Shown here one piece after another: positions 38,630 through 54,443 of a DNA stretch of 64,000 nt. The DNA lies in contig OZ024743.1 in the NCBI GenBank assembly GCA_964016885.1, forward strand, positions 372,992,001 to 373,056,000, read 5' to 3'. The notes beneath the pieces were generated by a model. That model did not search any database, was not told where the DNA came from, and saw nothing but the letters and a program-made list of their open reading frames with translations. This DNA is from Eledone cirrhosa. Its lineage: Eukaryota. Within the stretch, counting starts at the first letter, position 1; every line of letters starts with the position of its first letter. The position numbers and the translations under genes were made by a program.

Positions 38630-39830
38630 ATACTCTGGCAGCATTATGGCTGGTAATGGCGAGGTTGAGGCGCTGAAACAACCAGGCACCCTCACGGGTA
38701 TCACCTGACACCTCGGTAAGGCGAGCCGCTAACAATGACATAACAAGAACTTCGCTGTCACCGATCCAGCTCCACCAAATGTCATGAATGTCACAGGCTG
38801 GAGAAAATAGTTATTTGATGGTTCCGGGTATTTTAGGATTTGATTCCGTTCGCCATCCATGATGTGGGAGGGAGCAAAAGAGTCACTGACTGTGGTGTCC
38901 CTCTTACCCAGGGACAAAGGGTAGTCTCTTCCCATCAATTTTGGATAATCCAGCTGGCTACAGAACTAAGGGGATAGTTACCCGAACTAGGGCTCGCTTG
39001 ATGATCAGGTTTAGCTCGGTGTGGTAGGCGAAGCGACCAGCATTCAGGTGGCAAGACAAACCTTCGAGGCCTGTGAAGTGAAGAGGCTTACCACAGCAAC
39101 ATCTCAGACCCCTACAAATATCGGCTCCCACTCAGAGTGCAATGGAGATGCAGAGCTCATACTGACTGAGAAGACTACCAATGTTGGCTACAAGCAGGGC
39201 ATCTACTCAGTCTCCTGAGAATTTTGCACTTGCAGAAAGTAATCAACACCTTGAAAATTGATCAGATTGATCAAAGAGAGAGTTGAAAGTGCTGCTTGAA
39301 TGCAGATTATCCCACACTTTCTGCTTCCATCTATCCTTGTTAGTATCAGGAACTGAGAAACCCAGCTTTCTCAATTGTAGTAAAGCTTCATCCATCTCCC
39401 TGGTGGAAATAGTCCATGTTGGAAAGGAGAATATGTTACATACTAAAAAAGAACATTTTGGATGGAGGAAAGAAAGCAAGGTAGAGCAAGAGACGAGTAT
39501 TTACGCAGACCGAGACCTCCAAACTGTTTAGGCAAGGCAGCCTGGTAGCAGGACTCTGGAGAGAGTCTGACATTGACCAAGCTCTTGAGTTCACTTAAGA
39601 TTAAGTCAACAAAGCATTGGAGAGACGACGAGAATCTGTAAGAGAGACTAACTATGAGAAAATACAACAACTCAGGAATCAACAAACAATTCCTAAGTAT
39701 AAAAAAAAACCTTGGTGGGGCTCAATAACCTTGATGTTTTTTAAAAGTTGCTCGACATTAGCCAACTTAGATCAAAAGATGAACTCAAATGCTTGGTCAA
39801 TAATTGGGGTTCCAAGGGAGCACCATGCTG
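38630..39830 (-). mobile_element. Degenerate CRE-like non-LTR retrotransposon
   Basis: QAALPKQFGGLGLRK.SSLALPCFLSS and DTTVSDSFAPSHI..NYFLQPVTFMTFGGAG; related to 14400-15047. Confidence 0.7.
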
Positions 39831-40029
39831 ATAGTTTTCAATATATTATGAATGGTGACTACAATATCTGGGAAAAATAGTCCAGGAAACAAACAACAAG
39901 ACACAATGAGCTGCTAACAATATAGACATACAGGCGAACAAACAGATCAACAGGCATTATAAAGATAAACAGGCAAATAGACGTACAAACATAAATGGGC
40001 AAACATAAAATTAGATATATGAGATAAAT

Positions 40030-40300
40030 GAGAGATCACAGCTCCGATACTATGGGCATGTGATTAGAATGTCTCAGGAAAGAATTGCTGAACAGATTTT
40101 ACAGGCAAAACCAACTGGCAGAGGCAGACGCCGAGCAAGATGGTTTGATAACATCCATGAGCTTGGTTGGTTTTGCTTGGGGATCCAGCTGGATCAGTTG
40201 GAGACTGTTGCTTCTGACAGGACCCACTGGAAGGAGTGTTTGAGGACTCTGCGTCCCACGACCCTCTTAGGAATAAGTGGAATAAGAAGAAGAAAAGAAT
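40030..40300 (+). mobile_element. Expander-like RTE 3' fragment
   Basis: Nearly identical to 2043-2112, then KPTGRGRRRARW and an (AAG)n tail. Confidence 0.8.
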
Positions 40301-40811
40301 ATAGATAGGTTGGCAAAGGGATAGATGGATAGGCAGAGAAATAAAAATGAATTTGACCTGGAAAAATAAATTATTGACAATTTGTGTTATTGAAAAACAA
40401 ATGGGAAACATATAGATGAGTTGTTAATTTTGTTGTTTTGTTAACTGGAGCCGATTTTCTACATTGTTACTCATTACACCGAATAAAGGAAATTTTATAC
40501 GTAATTAATCGTTTATGAAAAGAACAGTGGAGCAAATAAATGTTTGTTGGAAATGATTGTTTGAATAACAGAAAGAAAATGGATTTTCTATAATGGGAAT
40601 CTTGTAATGAAGAAGAGCTAACCATTAATTTTGTTTTGATAAGAGGAACTGATTTTGTACTGTTTAAATCAACAATATTTGAAGTATAATATATTGGCAG
40701 CAAAACAAAATTTCTTTTTTAATGAAAAACAGGAAGTGACTTTAACTGTAAAATAGAAGTAGATTTCATTTATAGTATCTATGTGTGTGTGTGTTTGTAT
40801 GTATGCATGAT

Positions 40812-42102
<1,291 letters not shown>

Positions 42103-42109
42103 GTCAGGT

Positions 42110-42184
42110 GACCAGTTGGTGCTACTGGTAACATGTATCCCAGTACAACCTGTCTCATGGTCGGGTCGTTGGCGACTAAACTGG
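42110..42184 (+). ncRNA. Candidate HDV-like ribozyme at the start of an RTE-type 5' UTR
   Basis: P1 gacca/tggtc, P2 ccagt/actgg, imperfect P3 aca/tct with an L3 CC, GG after P1, P4 tcg-ttgg-cga, J4/2 CTAA. Confidence 0.45.
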
Positions 42185-42659
42185 CAACCCCACCAAGGTT
42201 TCTTGGTGAGGAGGGTGACTTTGGACATCCTGCAGGACTAAAAACAAAACCTGTCAAAGGCAAAGGAGCTCTTAAGAGTCAATGGCATCCAAAATCACCG
42301 GGAGAGATGACCCCTTAGCCTTTGTCAAGGCAGAATTCTAGGAGAAGGAAAACTCTGATATAACACCTGCAACCCTGATGGTATCCAATGATGTTGACTT
42401 GTTCTTCTTTTTGGTAAATATCATCTTGGTTAAGAGAGTGGACTGGCTTTGTGCAGTGCCTTTGCTCACTATAAAAGCTTCACGGCACAGGCATTGCTTT
42501 ATATCTGGAGATCTCTCTGCACCTGTCGTCACATGGTACCATGGGCCCAGCACTATGTGTCAATAATTGTCACAGGTGTAGTGTTTGTACCAGAGTTTTC
42601 AAGTCGCTGGCTGGACTAAAAAGTCACACTCGTTCAGCGCATCGGTAGGGGTTCTCCTA

Positions 42660-42750
42660 CATGGATAAAAAGTAGTGGTCGTACTCGAAAACGAGTTGGC
42701 AGCCACCATATATATATATATGTATATATATATATATGTATATATATATA

Positions 42751-42782
<32 letters not shown>

Positions 42783-42783
42783 G

Positions 42784-42841
<58 letters not shown>

Positions 42842-42905
42842 CATATATATATATATGGTGGCTGCCAACTCGTTTTCGAGTACGACCACTACTTTTTATC
42901 CATGT
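42660..42905. repeat. Perfect ~50 bp inverted repeat around a (TA)n tract
   Basis: catggataaaaagtagtggtcgtactcgaaaacgagttggcagccacca ... exact reverse complement. Confidence 0.95.
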
Positions 42906-42956
42906 ACATATATATATACATATATATACATACATATATATATACATATATATATA

Positions 42957-44236
42957 TCATCATCATCATCATCATCACCGTTTTACGTCCGTTCTTCCAC
43001 GCTAGCATGGGTTAGACGGGTTGTCCTGTTGTGGGCAGTGTCTGGTCGGCTGACCATGCCTTGCTCATACAGGAACTGATCTGGCTTGATTTCTACAGCT
43101 GGATGCCCTTCCTAACACCAACCTCATTTACAGTGAGTGCTGGGTGCTTTTTCGTGGCGCCTACACGTCCACTTACAGTGTGGGCTGGGTGCTTTTTTGC
43201 CGTGGCACCTCCACGACCACCTTGCGGTGGGGGGGGGGGGGGGCATATTGTTTATATGCTTCAGCATGTACCCATGGGAAGGTCGGGTACCCTGTATTAC
43301 TGCGTGACGCCAGAAGTCACGGTCGTGTGTCATTGACTTTGAGAGGTGTAGTTGGGTAAGGTCGGCTTTTATCACCTCATCCCAAGTCATCTTGGGTCTC
43401 CCCACTCCGCGGTTTCCATCAACTTCTAGTGCTCTGCACCTTTTTATGCAGCTGTCATCCTTCATACGCATCACATGTCCATACCAGCGTAACCGCCTCT
43501 CCTGCACGCAGCATTTGATTCCTCTTATGCTCAGTCTCTCTCTCAATTCATTTATGCTTTGTCGTTCACGTATATTACTGTTACACATCCATCGGAGCAT
43601 GCAGGCTTCGTTTCTCTCTAATCTACGTAAGTCTTCCACCTTCAGCGCCCAGGTCTCACTACCATGCAACATCGCTGTTCGGATACACGCATCATACAGT
43701 CTGCCTTTCATTCTGAGGGAGAAGCCTTTTGCAGCTAGCAGTGGTAGTAGTTCCCTAAACTTCTTCCATCCCGTTCTTACCCTAGTTATTGTACTTTCTG
43801 AGCACCCACCTCCGTTGCTAATTCGGTCACCTAGGTAGCAGAAGCTGTCTACTGTTTCTACAGGGCCCTCCCAGAGATTGGTGGTACTTGTTTCCTGTGG
43901 CTGTTTGCTTGCTGTTTCAGCACAGCTGCTGCATGTGAATCCTACATTCTTAATTAAGCTTCCTGAGATCCCGCTACATCTCTTGTGTACCCATTGTTTG
44001 CATTTGGGGCAAAGAATGGAGTTCCTACCTACACCTTTCCTACATACTGAGCAAGGCCATTTCCCTGAGGGGATCTGGGTTCTGTTTTCTCGTCTACTTA
44101 TAAGGACCTTAGTCTTTGTCATGTTGACTTTGAGGCCCTTTCTCTCTAGTCCCTGCTTCCAGGTTTGGAATTTATTCTCTAGTTCTACCATAGATTCAGC
44201 TATGAGTGCGAGGTCATCAGCATACAGGAGTTCCCA
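42957..44236 (-). mobile_element. 5'-truncated RTE LINE, open reading frame from the YADD motif onward
   Basis: [14 protein letters not shown]-type finger, [24 protein letters not shown], 3' UTR and (TGA)n tail. Inserted in (TA)n. Confidence 0.95.
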
Positions 44237-45782
<1,546 letters not shown>

Positions 45783-45821
45783 ATAATATAAGATCAAAAG
45801 ATGGTTAAAGGAGTTCAATAT

Positions 45822-45890
45822 ATTTTATTATGCGCATTTCAAAAACAAACATCATCAAACAATAATATTTGTGTTTTCATCAGATAAAAC
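45822..45890 (-). ncRNA. Type I hammerhead ribozyme (mirror copy)
   Basis: Reverse complement of 46015-46083. Confidence 0.8.
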
Positions 45891-46014
45891 AGGAGAACAT
45901 GATATGAAGGCTAAAAAAACACTTGTTGATAGTGCAGTTTTAAATCAACATATATGTTGATTTAAAACTGCACTATCAACAAGTGTTTTTTTAGCCTTCA
46001 TATCATGTTCTCCT

Positions 46015-46083
46015 GTTTTATCTGATGAAAACACAAATATTATTGTTTGATGATGTTTGTTTTTGAAATGCGCATAATAAAAT
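46015..46083 (+). ncRNA. Type I hammerhead ribozyme with intact core
   Basis: gttttat-CTGATGA-[16-position stem II, one mismatch]-GAAA-tgcgca-TA-ataaaat. Stem III is the palindrome ATGCGCAT; cleavage is predicted after 46076 (AUA). Confidence 0.85.
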
Positions 46084-46204
46084 ATATTGAACTCCTTTAA
46101 CCATCTTTTGATCTTATATTATGCATACTCCAGTCCCACAAACTGTAGAGTGCTTCTTATCCGATATCTGCATTGCTTTATTGTACTACAATAAAACTCA
46201 CCTC

Positions 46205-46235
<31 letters not shown>

Positions 46236-46259
46236 GTATATATATATATATATATATAT

Positions 46260-46617
<358 letters not shown>

Positions 46618-46704
46618 TATGTATAAGGCAATCAAGGATATGTGTGTATATATATATATATATAAGGCAATCAAGGATATATATGTATATATATATATAT
46701 ATAT

Positions 46705-48357
46705 ATGTATAAGGCAATCAAGGATATGAAGACTGGTAAGGCGGCTGGGCCTTCGGAAATAGTTGCTGAGATGCTGAAGGCATCTGGCACGGTGGGACAC
46801 ACCATGGTCACCCGCATAGTTAACCAAGTCGTACAGAATGGGGTTGTTCCGAAGGACTGGCATAGCAGCATCATCGTTAACTGTTATAAGGGTAAAGGAG
46901 ACGCCCTAGATAGGAGTAACTATAGAGGCATTAAATTAATCGACCAGGTCATGAAGGTCACGGAAAAAGTAATAGCGCAACTAATCAGAGAGAGAATTGA
47001 TCTAGATGAAATGCAGTTCGGGTTTGTGTCAGGCAAAAGCACCACAGACGCTCTTTTCATAGTACGACAACTACAGGAGAAGTACCTAGCTAAAGGTAAA
47101 CCCCTCTACTTAGCTTTTGTCGACCTGGAGAAAGCCTTCGACAGAGTCCCCCGCTCCATTATCTGGTGGGCTCTTAGAAAACTAGGCGTTGACGAATGGC
47201 TTGTGAGGGCTATACAAGCCATGTATAAAGAAACAGTCAGCAAGGTTAGAATTAACAACGAATATAGTGAAGAGTTTAGCGTAAAAGTTGGCGTCCATCA
47301 GGGCTCTGTTCTCAGCCCCCTACTATTTATTATTGCCCTTCAGGCTATAACAGAGGAGTTCAAGACAGGCTGCCCATGGGAACTCCTATACGCAGACGAC
47401 CTGACACTCATAGCGGAATCAATGGCCGAGCTAGAGAAGAAATTCCAAACATGGAAGCACGGCCTAGAGTCAAAAGGACTTAAAATTAACCTGGCTAAGA
47501 CCAAAGTTCTAGTTTGTAGGAAAGAAAACAAGGCGGCGGTCCCTTCTGGGAAATGGTCGTGCTCGGTATGTAGGAAAGGCGTAGGTAGAAACTCCATCTT
47601 ATGTCCTAAATGCAAAGTATGGGTGCATAAAAGATGTAGTGGGATCACAGGTAAGCTAACTAAGAACATAGACTTTACATGTGGCCGGTGTTCTGGTGCA
47701 ATAAGTAGCAGCAAGTGCCCACAAAATACTAGCTCTTTCAATTGCGCAGAGGGTTTTATAGAAATAGTGGACAGCTTCCGTTACCTGGGCGATAAAATCA
47801 GCAGTGGGGGAGGGTGCTCTGAAAGTACTGTAGCTAGAGTCAGAACTGGTTGGAAAAAGTTCAGAGAGCTTATACCACTATTAGCTGCTAAAGGGTTCTC
47901 CCTAAAAATGAAAGGCAGGTTGTACGATGCCTGCATACGAACAGCAATGTTGCATGGTAGTGAGACCTGGGCATTGTGTGCAGAGGATATACGCAGACTA
48001 GAGAGGAACGAAGCTTGCATGCTCCGCTGGATGTGTAACAGTAATATACGTGAACGGCAAAGCATAAACGAACTAAGGAAAAAATTAGAGATAAGAGGGA
48101 TCAGATGTTGTTTACTCGAGAGAAGGCTGCGTTGGTATGGACACGTGATGCGCATGAAAGTCGATAGCTGTATTACAAAGTGCAGGGCAATAAAGATAGA
48201 CGGTAGCCACGGAATAGGCAGACCTAGAAAAACATGGGATGAGCTGATAAACTCCGACCTCACACACTTACACCTCTCCAAGACAATGTCACTGGACCGT
48301 GACCTTTGGCGGTACTCAGTAACAGAGAAGACCCGCCTTGCCAGTAGGCATCTCTAA
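46705..48357 (+). CDS. RTE-clade reverse transcriptase ORF (5'-truncated, uninterrupted 550 codons)
   Basis: [76 protein letters not shown]. There is no endonuclease, and the start M comes from the TA tract. Confidence 0.9.
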   Translation: MYKAIKDMKTGKAAGPSEIVAEMLKASGTVGHTMVTRIVNQVVQNGVVPKDWHSSIIVNCYKGKGDALDRSNYRGIKLIDQVMKVTEKVIAQLIRERIDLDEMQFGFVSGKSTTDALFIVRQLQEKYLAKGKPLYLAFVDLEKAFDRVPRSIIWWALRKLGVDEWLVRAIQAMYKETVSKVRINNEYSEEFSVKVGVHQGSVLSPLLFIIALQAITEEFKTGCPWELLYADDLTLIAESMAELEKKFQTWKHGLESKGLKINLAKTKVLVCRKENKAAVPSGKWSCSVCRKGVGRNSILCPKCKVWVHKRCSGITGKLTKNIDFTCGRCSGAISSSKCPQNTSSFNCAEGFIEIVDSFRYLGDKISSGGGCSESTVARVRTGWKKFRELIPLLAAKGFSLKMKGRLYDACIRTAMLHGSETWALCAEDIRRLERNEACMLRWMCNSNIRERQSINELRKKLEIRGIRCCLLERRLRWYGHVMRMKVDSCITKCRAIKIDGSHGIGRPRKTWDELINSDLTHLHLSKTMSLDRDLWRYSVTEKTRLASRHL

Positions 48358-48713
48358 CAAAATACACCCCTCCCGCCGCCACCCCCACCCCATCCACACC
48401 ACCCCGTTCTATGTAAAGTTATGTTGGTGCCGCGCCATCCAGGCCGAAACAAATGAGATCGTGTAGGTGTCACGACAAAAAAACACACAGTCCACGCTGT
48501 AATGTGGCCGTGTAGGCAACACGGTAAAAACCTCCCAGACCCACACTGTAAATGTGGTTGGTGTTAGGAAGGGCATCCAACTGTAGAAAACCTGCCAGAC
48601 AGTCCTATGCGAGCAAGACAATCACTCTTGCCTCAAGTGGGACTACCCCCGTCCAAACCCATGCAAGCGTGGAACACGGACGTTAAACGTTGATGATGAT
48701 GATGATGATGATG
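46707..48713 (+). mobile_element. 5'-truncated RTE LINE
   Basis: RT ORF, a ~350 bp 3' UTR and a ggacgttaaacgt(tga)n tail, flanked by (TA)n. Confidence 0.95.
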
Positions 48714-50190
<1,477 letters not shown>

Positions 50191-50277
50191 TAACTTTGAA
50201 TAACTTTGAAATGTTTTGGCCAGTATTGGCCCAGGCCATGTCTAACTTAATAGCACCACCTGGCGAAGTCTTTCAAT

Positions 50278-53200
50278 TCAGGATTTGGGCACCATGGCCC
50301 ATTCGAGAAGAGAATTACTGTTTGCGGAGACATATCCGGGTGTGGGTGGTTTGTCCGGGATTACTTGGAGGAATTTGTCCAAAGACTTCTTGAATTTTGT
50401 GTGGTCAGTTTCTGTTTTGACGTGTCCTGGTGTGATGTTGAAGAGAGCAGGGCCGATTGAGGTGAAATAATTGTGCCGTATTGTTGTTATGAGTTGCGAT
50501 TTAGATTTTTGAATGGGACGGATAGCACGGGGCCCAAGCCTTGGGTGTATCTTGAAGGCGATGCCAACATCATTTGGGCAGTGATGATGGAACATTTTCC
50601 ACATCATGCAGATAATATAACGCTCACGGCGACGTTGGAGTGAGTAAAGTTTCAGGTTTTCCAATCGACCCCAGTAGTCAAGGTCTGACATGCCATCTAT
50701 CTTTTTCGTGATTGCCCTTTGAGGAGCTTCAAGTTTCATGATACTTTGTTTCGTGTGGGGAGACCACAGTGGACAACAGTATTCAAGGTGTGGTCGGGCG
50801 AAAGTAGAGAAGAGAAGGATAATGGTGCGGGAATCTCTCGACTGGAAGGTTCTGAGGATCCAGGAACACATTCTGCGGGCCATGTCAACTTTGCTGCTTA
50901 TATGCGTGGTCCAGCTTATGTTGCTGTCCACGGTTACTCCCAAGTCTCTGATGTTGTTAGATGCCACGAGAGTTTCCCCGGAGGGAAGGGAGTACGGGAG
51001 TTTCAGAGCATCCTCTTTTCCAAAGTGGATCAGTTCGAATTTGTCTTCGTTCAGTAACATGTTGTTCTTTTCTGCCCATTGGGTAACAGCCAGTAGGTCT
51101 GACTGAAGGCTTATCCGGTCATCCACGCCATTGATGACCTTTTGGAGCTTGGAATCATCAGCGAAAATTTTAATGTTGCTGTGTTTGATGATGTCAGTGA
51201 TGTCATTAATATAGATGATGAAGAGAAGTGGGCCCAACACAGTGCCTTGTGGGACTCCACTACTGACTTTGGCTGGGCTTGATTTGACTCCCTCAACTAC
51301 AACATGTTGGGTTCTGTTTGACAGGAAGCTCTTGATCCACTGCAGCAGCTTTCCAGTGACACCAATATTGGACAGCTTTCTGAGTAGAATGTTATGATCA
51401 ACCCTGTCAAAGGCCTTGCTGAAATCAAGGTAGATAACATCAGTGTTGGAACCCTCTCCCAAGGCTCTCAAAATGTCATCAAAGTGATGCAGTAGTTGCG
51501 TCAGGCAATCCCTTCCATTACGGAATCCATGCTGGTTGGAGTTTAGCATATTGTTACTCTCAAGGAAGTGGGTCATTCGCGATCTCACCACTCGCTCAAA
51601 TACCTTAATGATATGAGAGGTGAGTGAGATTGGACGGTAATTCACGGCAAGGGATTTGTTTCCCTTTTTGAAAACTGGGACAACAGACTGGGATAGAAGG
51701 TTTTCTGGCACATATCCAGCATCCAGTGAGTTCCGCCACAGATTGGCAAGAGGAGAAGCAAGTTGGTGTTGACACGCCTTCAAGACACAAGCAGGGAACC
51801 TATCGGGACCTACTGCTGAATTATGCTTGATTTCCTTTATTGCCGCCAAGACATCAGGGGCGCCAAACGTTATGTCCGATAAGGTGTAATGGGGAGTAAC
51901 ATCGCCGATACAGCCCAGATCGGCCATATCAGGATTGCTGAAAACAGAGCAGTATTGTTTCTGCAGTATCTCACCCATGGTTTTAGCATTGTCTTGAAGA
52001 GTGCCATTTTCATCAATTAGAGGGCCAACAGTAGAGCCAGTGATTTTGTGTTTTTTTGCAAATGAAAAGAACACTTTGGGATTGAGTTTGATCTTCTCAA
52101 TGGCCCAGGCCTCTTCAGCTCTTCTCTGATTGTTGATGAGGGACATTATGTTGTTTTGGAGGTTATGTTTTTTAATCTCTAGTGATGAAATGGCAGTCAA
52201 GTTGATGTGTTGCTGCTGACAGTATTTCAGCTTGTTGATTTTTTTGTTCGTTCTCTTAATTTTTCTGATGAGTGTTTTTCTATTTCTAGGGATTCTGCTC
52301 TTAGATTTGTTTATAGTTCTTAATGGGGTGTGTTTAGCACATATGTTTGTAACAGTGTCCACAAATGTCTGCCAGGACTTTTTGATGTTAGTGGGTGTAT
52401 GAGTGTGCGTGAAGGACCAGTCGACATGTGCAAGATCATGACTGATCGCTTCCCAGTTTGCATTGTGGAAATCCATAGCGTCAAACGGATGGACAGGAGA
52501 AATGACATTGGGTTTGTATATTGGACGGTGGAATCTCAGATCACAGAGAACCATGTCATGATCAGAGAGTAGAGTTTTCTCCACTGCAATATTGTGGATA
52601 TTGTCAGTGTGATTGCTGAAAATTAAGTCTAGGACGTTTTTGTGGCACCTCGTTGGTTCGAGAACTAGTTGGGATAGGAAGAAATCATCCATGAAGTCAA
52701 GAAGCGATTCCACAGCTTCCCTGTCAGAGGTTGAGGCAGAAGAACCTGGTGGCAGGGTGTTTGTGGACCAGTCAACTCCGGGGAGGTTGAAGTCCCCCAT
52801 CATTAAGATGTTGTCAGGGTGACACTCTTGGATGAAACACTTTATGCTGTTGAGGCATTCCTTGAAGCATGGTACAGGCGTTTGGGGTGGCCTATAGAGC
52901 CCAACTACTAATAGGTTGTTGGTTTGACTGAATACAGTGACTGCCTCACAGTATCCATTAGTGAATATGTTCATAGCCTCTGTTGAGAAAGAATTATGGA
53001 CATAAATGGCAGTTCCGCCCTTTCTTCTGCCAGCGCGATCAGCACGGATGGCTTTGAAATTTTTCACTTTCACCTCGGCTTCCAAGTGGAGGTTACTGAG
53101 ATGGGTTTCAGTGAGGACGAAGAAAGGGATGTGGTTTGGATGGACATCAATCCAGTCCTCCAGGAATTTGATCTTCCATTTTTGAGTATTGGTGGAAGGG

Positions 53201-53298
53201 CTGATGCCTTGGGCGTTAAGCAAAAATGTAGAGGCGAGAGTGGATGGTTTTAATTGTTTTGGTGTGTTGTTAATTTGTTTGTTTGTTAATGGCAGCAA
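50278..53298 (-). CDS. LINE ORF2: apurinic-like endonuclease + reverse transcriptase (no AUG at start; frame open from ~53415)
   Basis: LLNAQG, LTETHL, GGTAIYV, YRPP, MGDFNLP, LDLIF, SDH; [55 protein letters not shown]. Confidence 0.95.
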   Translation of the reverse strand: MLPLTNKQINNTPKQLKPSTLASTFLLNAQGISPSTNTQKWKIKFLEDWIDVHPNHIPFFVLTETHLSNLHLEAEVKVKNFKAIRADRAGRRKGGTAIYVHNSFSTEAMNIFTNGYCEAVTVFSQTNNLLVVGLYRPPQTPVPCFKECLNSIKCFIQECHPDNILMMGDFNLPGVDWSTNTLPPGSSASTSDREAVESLLDFMDDFFLSQLVLEPTRCHKNVLDLIFSNHTDNIHNIAVEKTLLSDHDMVLCDLRFHRPIYKPNVISPVHPFDAMDFHNANWEAISHDLAHVDWSFTHTHTPTNIKKSWQTFVDTVTNICAKHTPLRTINKSKSRIPRNRKTLIRKIKRTNKKINKLKYCQQQHINLTAISSLEIKKHNLQNNIMSLINNQRRAEEAWAIEKIKLNPKVFFSFAKKHKITGSTVGPLIDENGTLQDNAKTMGEILQKQYCSVFSNPDMADLGCIGDVTPHYTLSDITFGAPDVLAAIKEIKHNSAVGPDRFPACVLKACQHQLASPLANLWRNSLDAGYVPENLLSQSVVPVFKKGNKSLAVNYRPISLTSHIIKVFERVVRSRMTHFLESNNMLNSNQHGFRNGRDCLTQLLHHFDDILRALGEGSNTDVIYLDFSKAFDRVDHNILLRKLSNIGVTGKLLQWIKSFLSNRTQHVVVEGVKSSPAKVSSGVPQGTVLGPLLFIIYINDITDIIKHSNIKIFADDSKLQKVINGVDDRISLQSDLLAVTQWAEKNNMLLNEDKFELIHFGKEDALKLPYSLPSGETLVASNNIRDLGVTVDSNISWTTHISSKVDMARRMCSWILRTFQSRDSRTIILLFSTFARPHLEYCCPLWSPHTKQSIMKLEAPQRAITKKIDGMSDLDYWGRLENLKLYSLQRRRERYIICMMWKMFHHHCPNDVGIAFKIHPRLGPRAIRPIQKSKSQLITTIRHNYFTSIGPALFNITPGHVKTETDHTKFKKSLDKFLQVIPDKPPTPGYVSANSNSLLEWAMVPKS

Positions 53299-54443
53299 TG
53301 GGAGTTTGTGCAGTGGGGTGATAGTGGAGGGTGGTGCTGGGTGATAGCTCGAATGTTTTTTTCCAGTTCTTTTGCCAGATTCATTATGGCTAAAAAAGAG
53401 GAAGAAGTTTCCTGTTTAGAAGACTGTTGGTGACTGTGGTAGTGGTTATTTTTATGTAGGTTATGGTTTTTGTTTTTGCTTTTATTTTTAATTTTATTTT
53501 CATTTATCCGACGGGTCCCCGGGAGATGGGTAAAGGGACAATCCCGGTCTAAACACAATCTGTCTCGCAGGGAAAAACGGCAGATTTGTGGATTCCTTGT
53601 TTGAGTTATTGGTGGTTGTGTTGGTGTTAAATTAGAGTATGTATTATGGTGGTGGCTGTTTGTGGGGATAGATCGTTTTGTCCTAGGTAAATGGGTGAAT
53701 TTGCAGCCACTATCCGTACATATTCTATAGCGTAGAGAGTAGCGGCAAATGATGGGGTTTCGAGTGGGTGGGTATGTGGGTGTGGGTGTTGTGAGAGGTG
53801 TAGATGATGGTTTGGGTAGGATTTGACGACCTTTGTGGACTGTGGGAGGGAGAGTTCTTGTTCTGGTATTAGAAGGTAAATTCCTTGACATAGCAGTAGA
53901 CAAAAATGTTGTAGTAGTAGTAGTAGTAGTAGGCAGAGATGTTGGCAGTGGTGATGATTGGACTGCTGGGCCAGAGAAAGGATGTGGCGTTTCATGCTGT
54001 GAGACAGAGGCTACTGGGGGGTCAATAGTTTCATTTAGTAGATCGGCCATTGTTGATGAATCAAGGAGTGGTTCACACTGTTGTTGTCGTTGTTGTTGTT
54101 GTTGTTGCTGTTGTTGTTGTTGTAGCTGTTGTTGTTGTTGTTGTTGTTGCTGTTGTAGCTGCTGTTGTTGTTGTTGCTGCTGCTGGACAGCATTCGAAGA
54201 GAAAACACACCGTAGTTTATCCAAATGTTTATTGATTAATTTAAAAGCAATTTCGATTTGCTTTAATTTATTTTGAATCTGTTGTTCAGATCGAGTTTTC
54301 AAAAATTGAACTGTACGTTTAGCAATGTCGTTCAGAGATGAAGCATCTATATTTTCTGTTTGGGAAAGGCAATGCCATGTGTTTATTAGAATGTCGATTT
54401 CATTATCAGACCAGTTCTGTTTGGATTTTTGCTGGTTAGCCAT
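53286..54443 (-). CDS. LINE ORF1: Myb/SANT-like domain, polyQ, Pro/Thr-rich linker, two CCCH zinc fingers
   Basis: ATG-initiated 385 aa. Contains WSDNEIDILINTW...RSEQQIQNKLKQI and two C-x8-C-x4-C-x3-H motifs. Confidence 0.85.
   Translation of the reverse strand: MANQQKSKQNWSDNEIDILINTWHCLSQTENIDASSLNDIAKRTVQFLKTRSEQQIQNKLKQIEIAFKLINKHLDKLRCVFSSNAVQQQQQQQQQLQQQQQQQQQQLQQQQQQQQQQQRQQQCEPLLDSSTMADLLNETIDPPVASVSQHETPHPFSGPAVQSSPLPTSLPTTTTTTTTFLSTAMSRNLPSNTRTRTLPPTVHKGRQILPKPSSTPLTTPTPTYPPTRNPIICRYSLRYRICTDSGCKFTHLPRTKRSIPTNSHHHNTYSNLTPTQPPITQTRNPQICRFSLRDRLCLDRDCPFTHLPGTRRINENKIKNKSKNKNHNLHKNNHYHSHQQSSKQETSSSFLAIMNLAKELEKNIRAITQHHPPLSPHCTNSHCCH

Larger units (their letters stand above)
45783..46122. 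repeat. 340-bp spacerless perfect palindrome
   Basis: Centre caacata|tatgttg at 45952/45953; the arms read as exact reverse complements. Confidence 0.95.

Noticed and set aside
53833-54276. Poly-Cys/poly-Val ORFs on the plus strand
   Set aside because: Antisense readings of the ORF1 polyQ and polyT codons.
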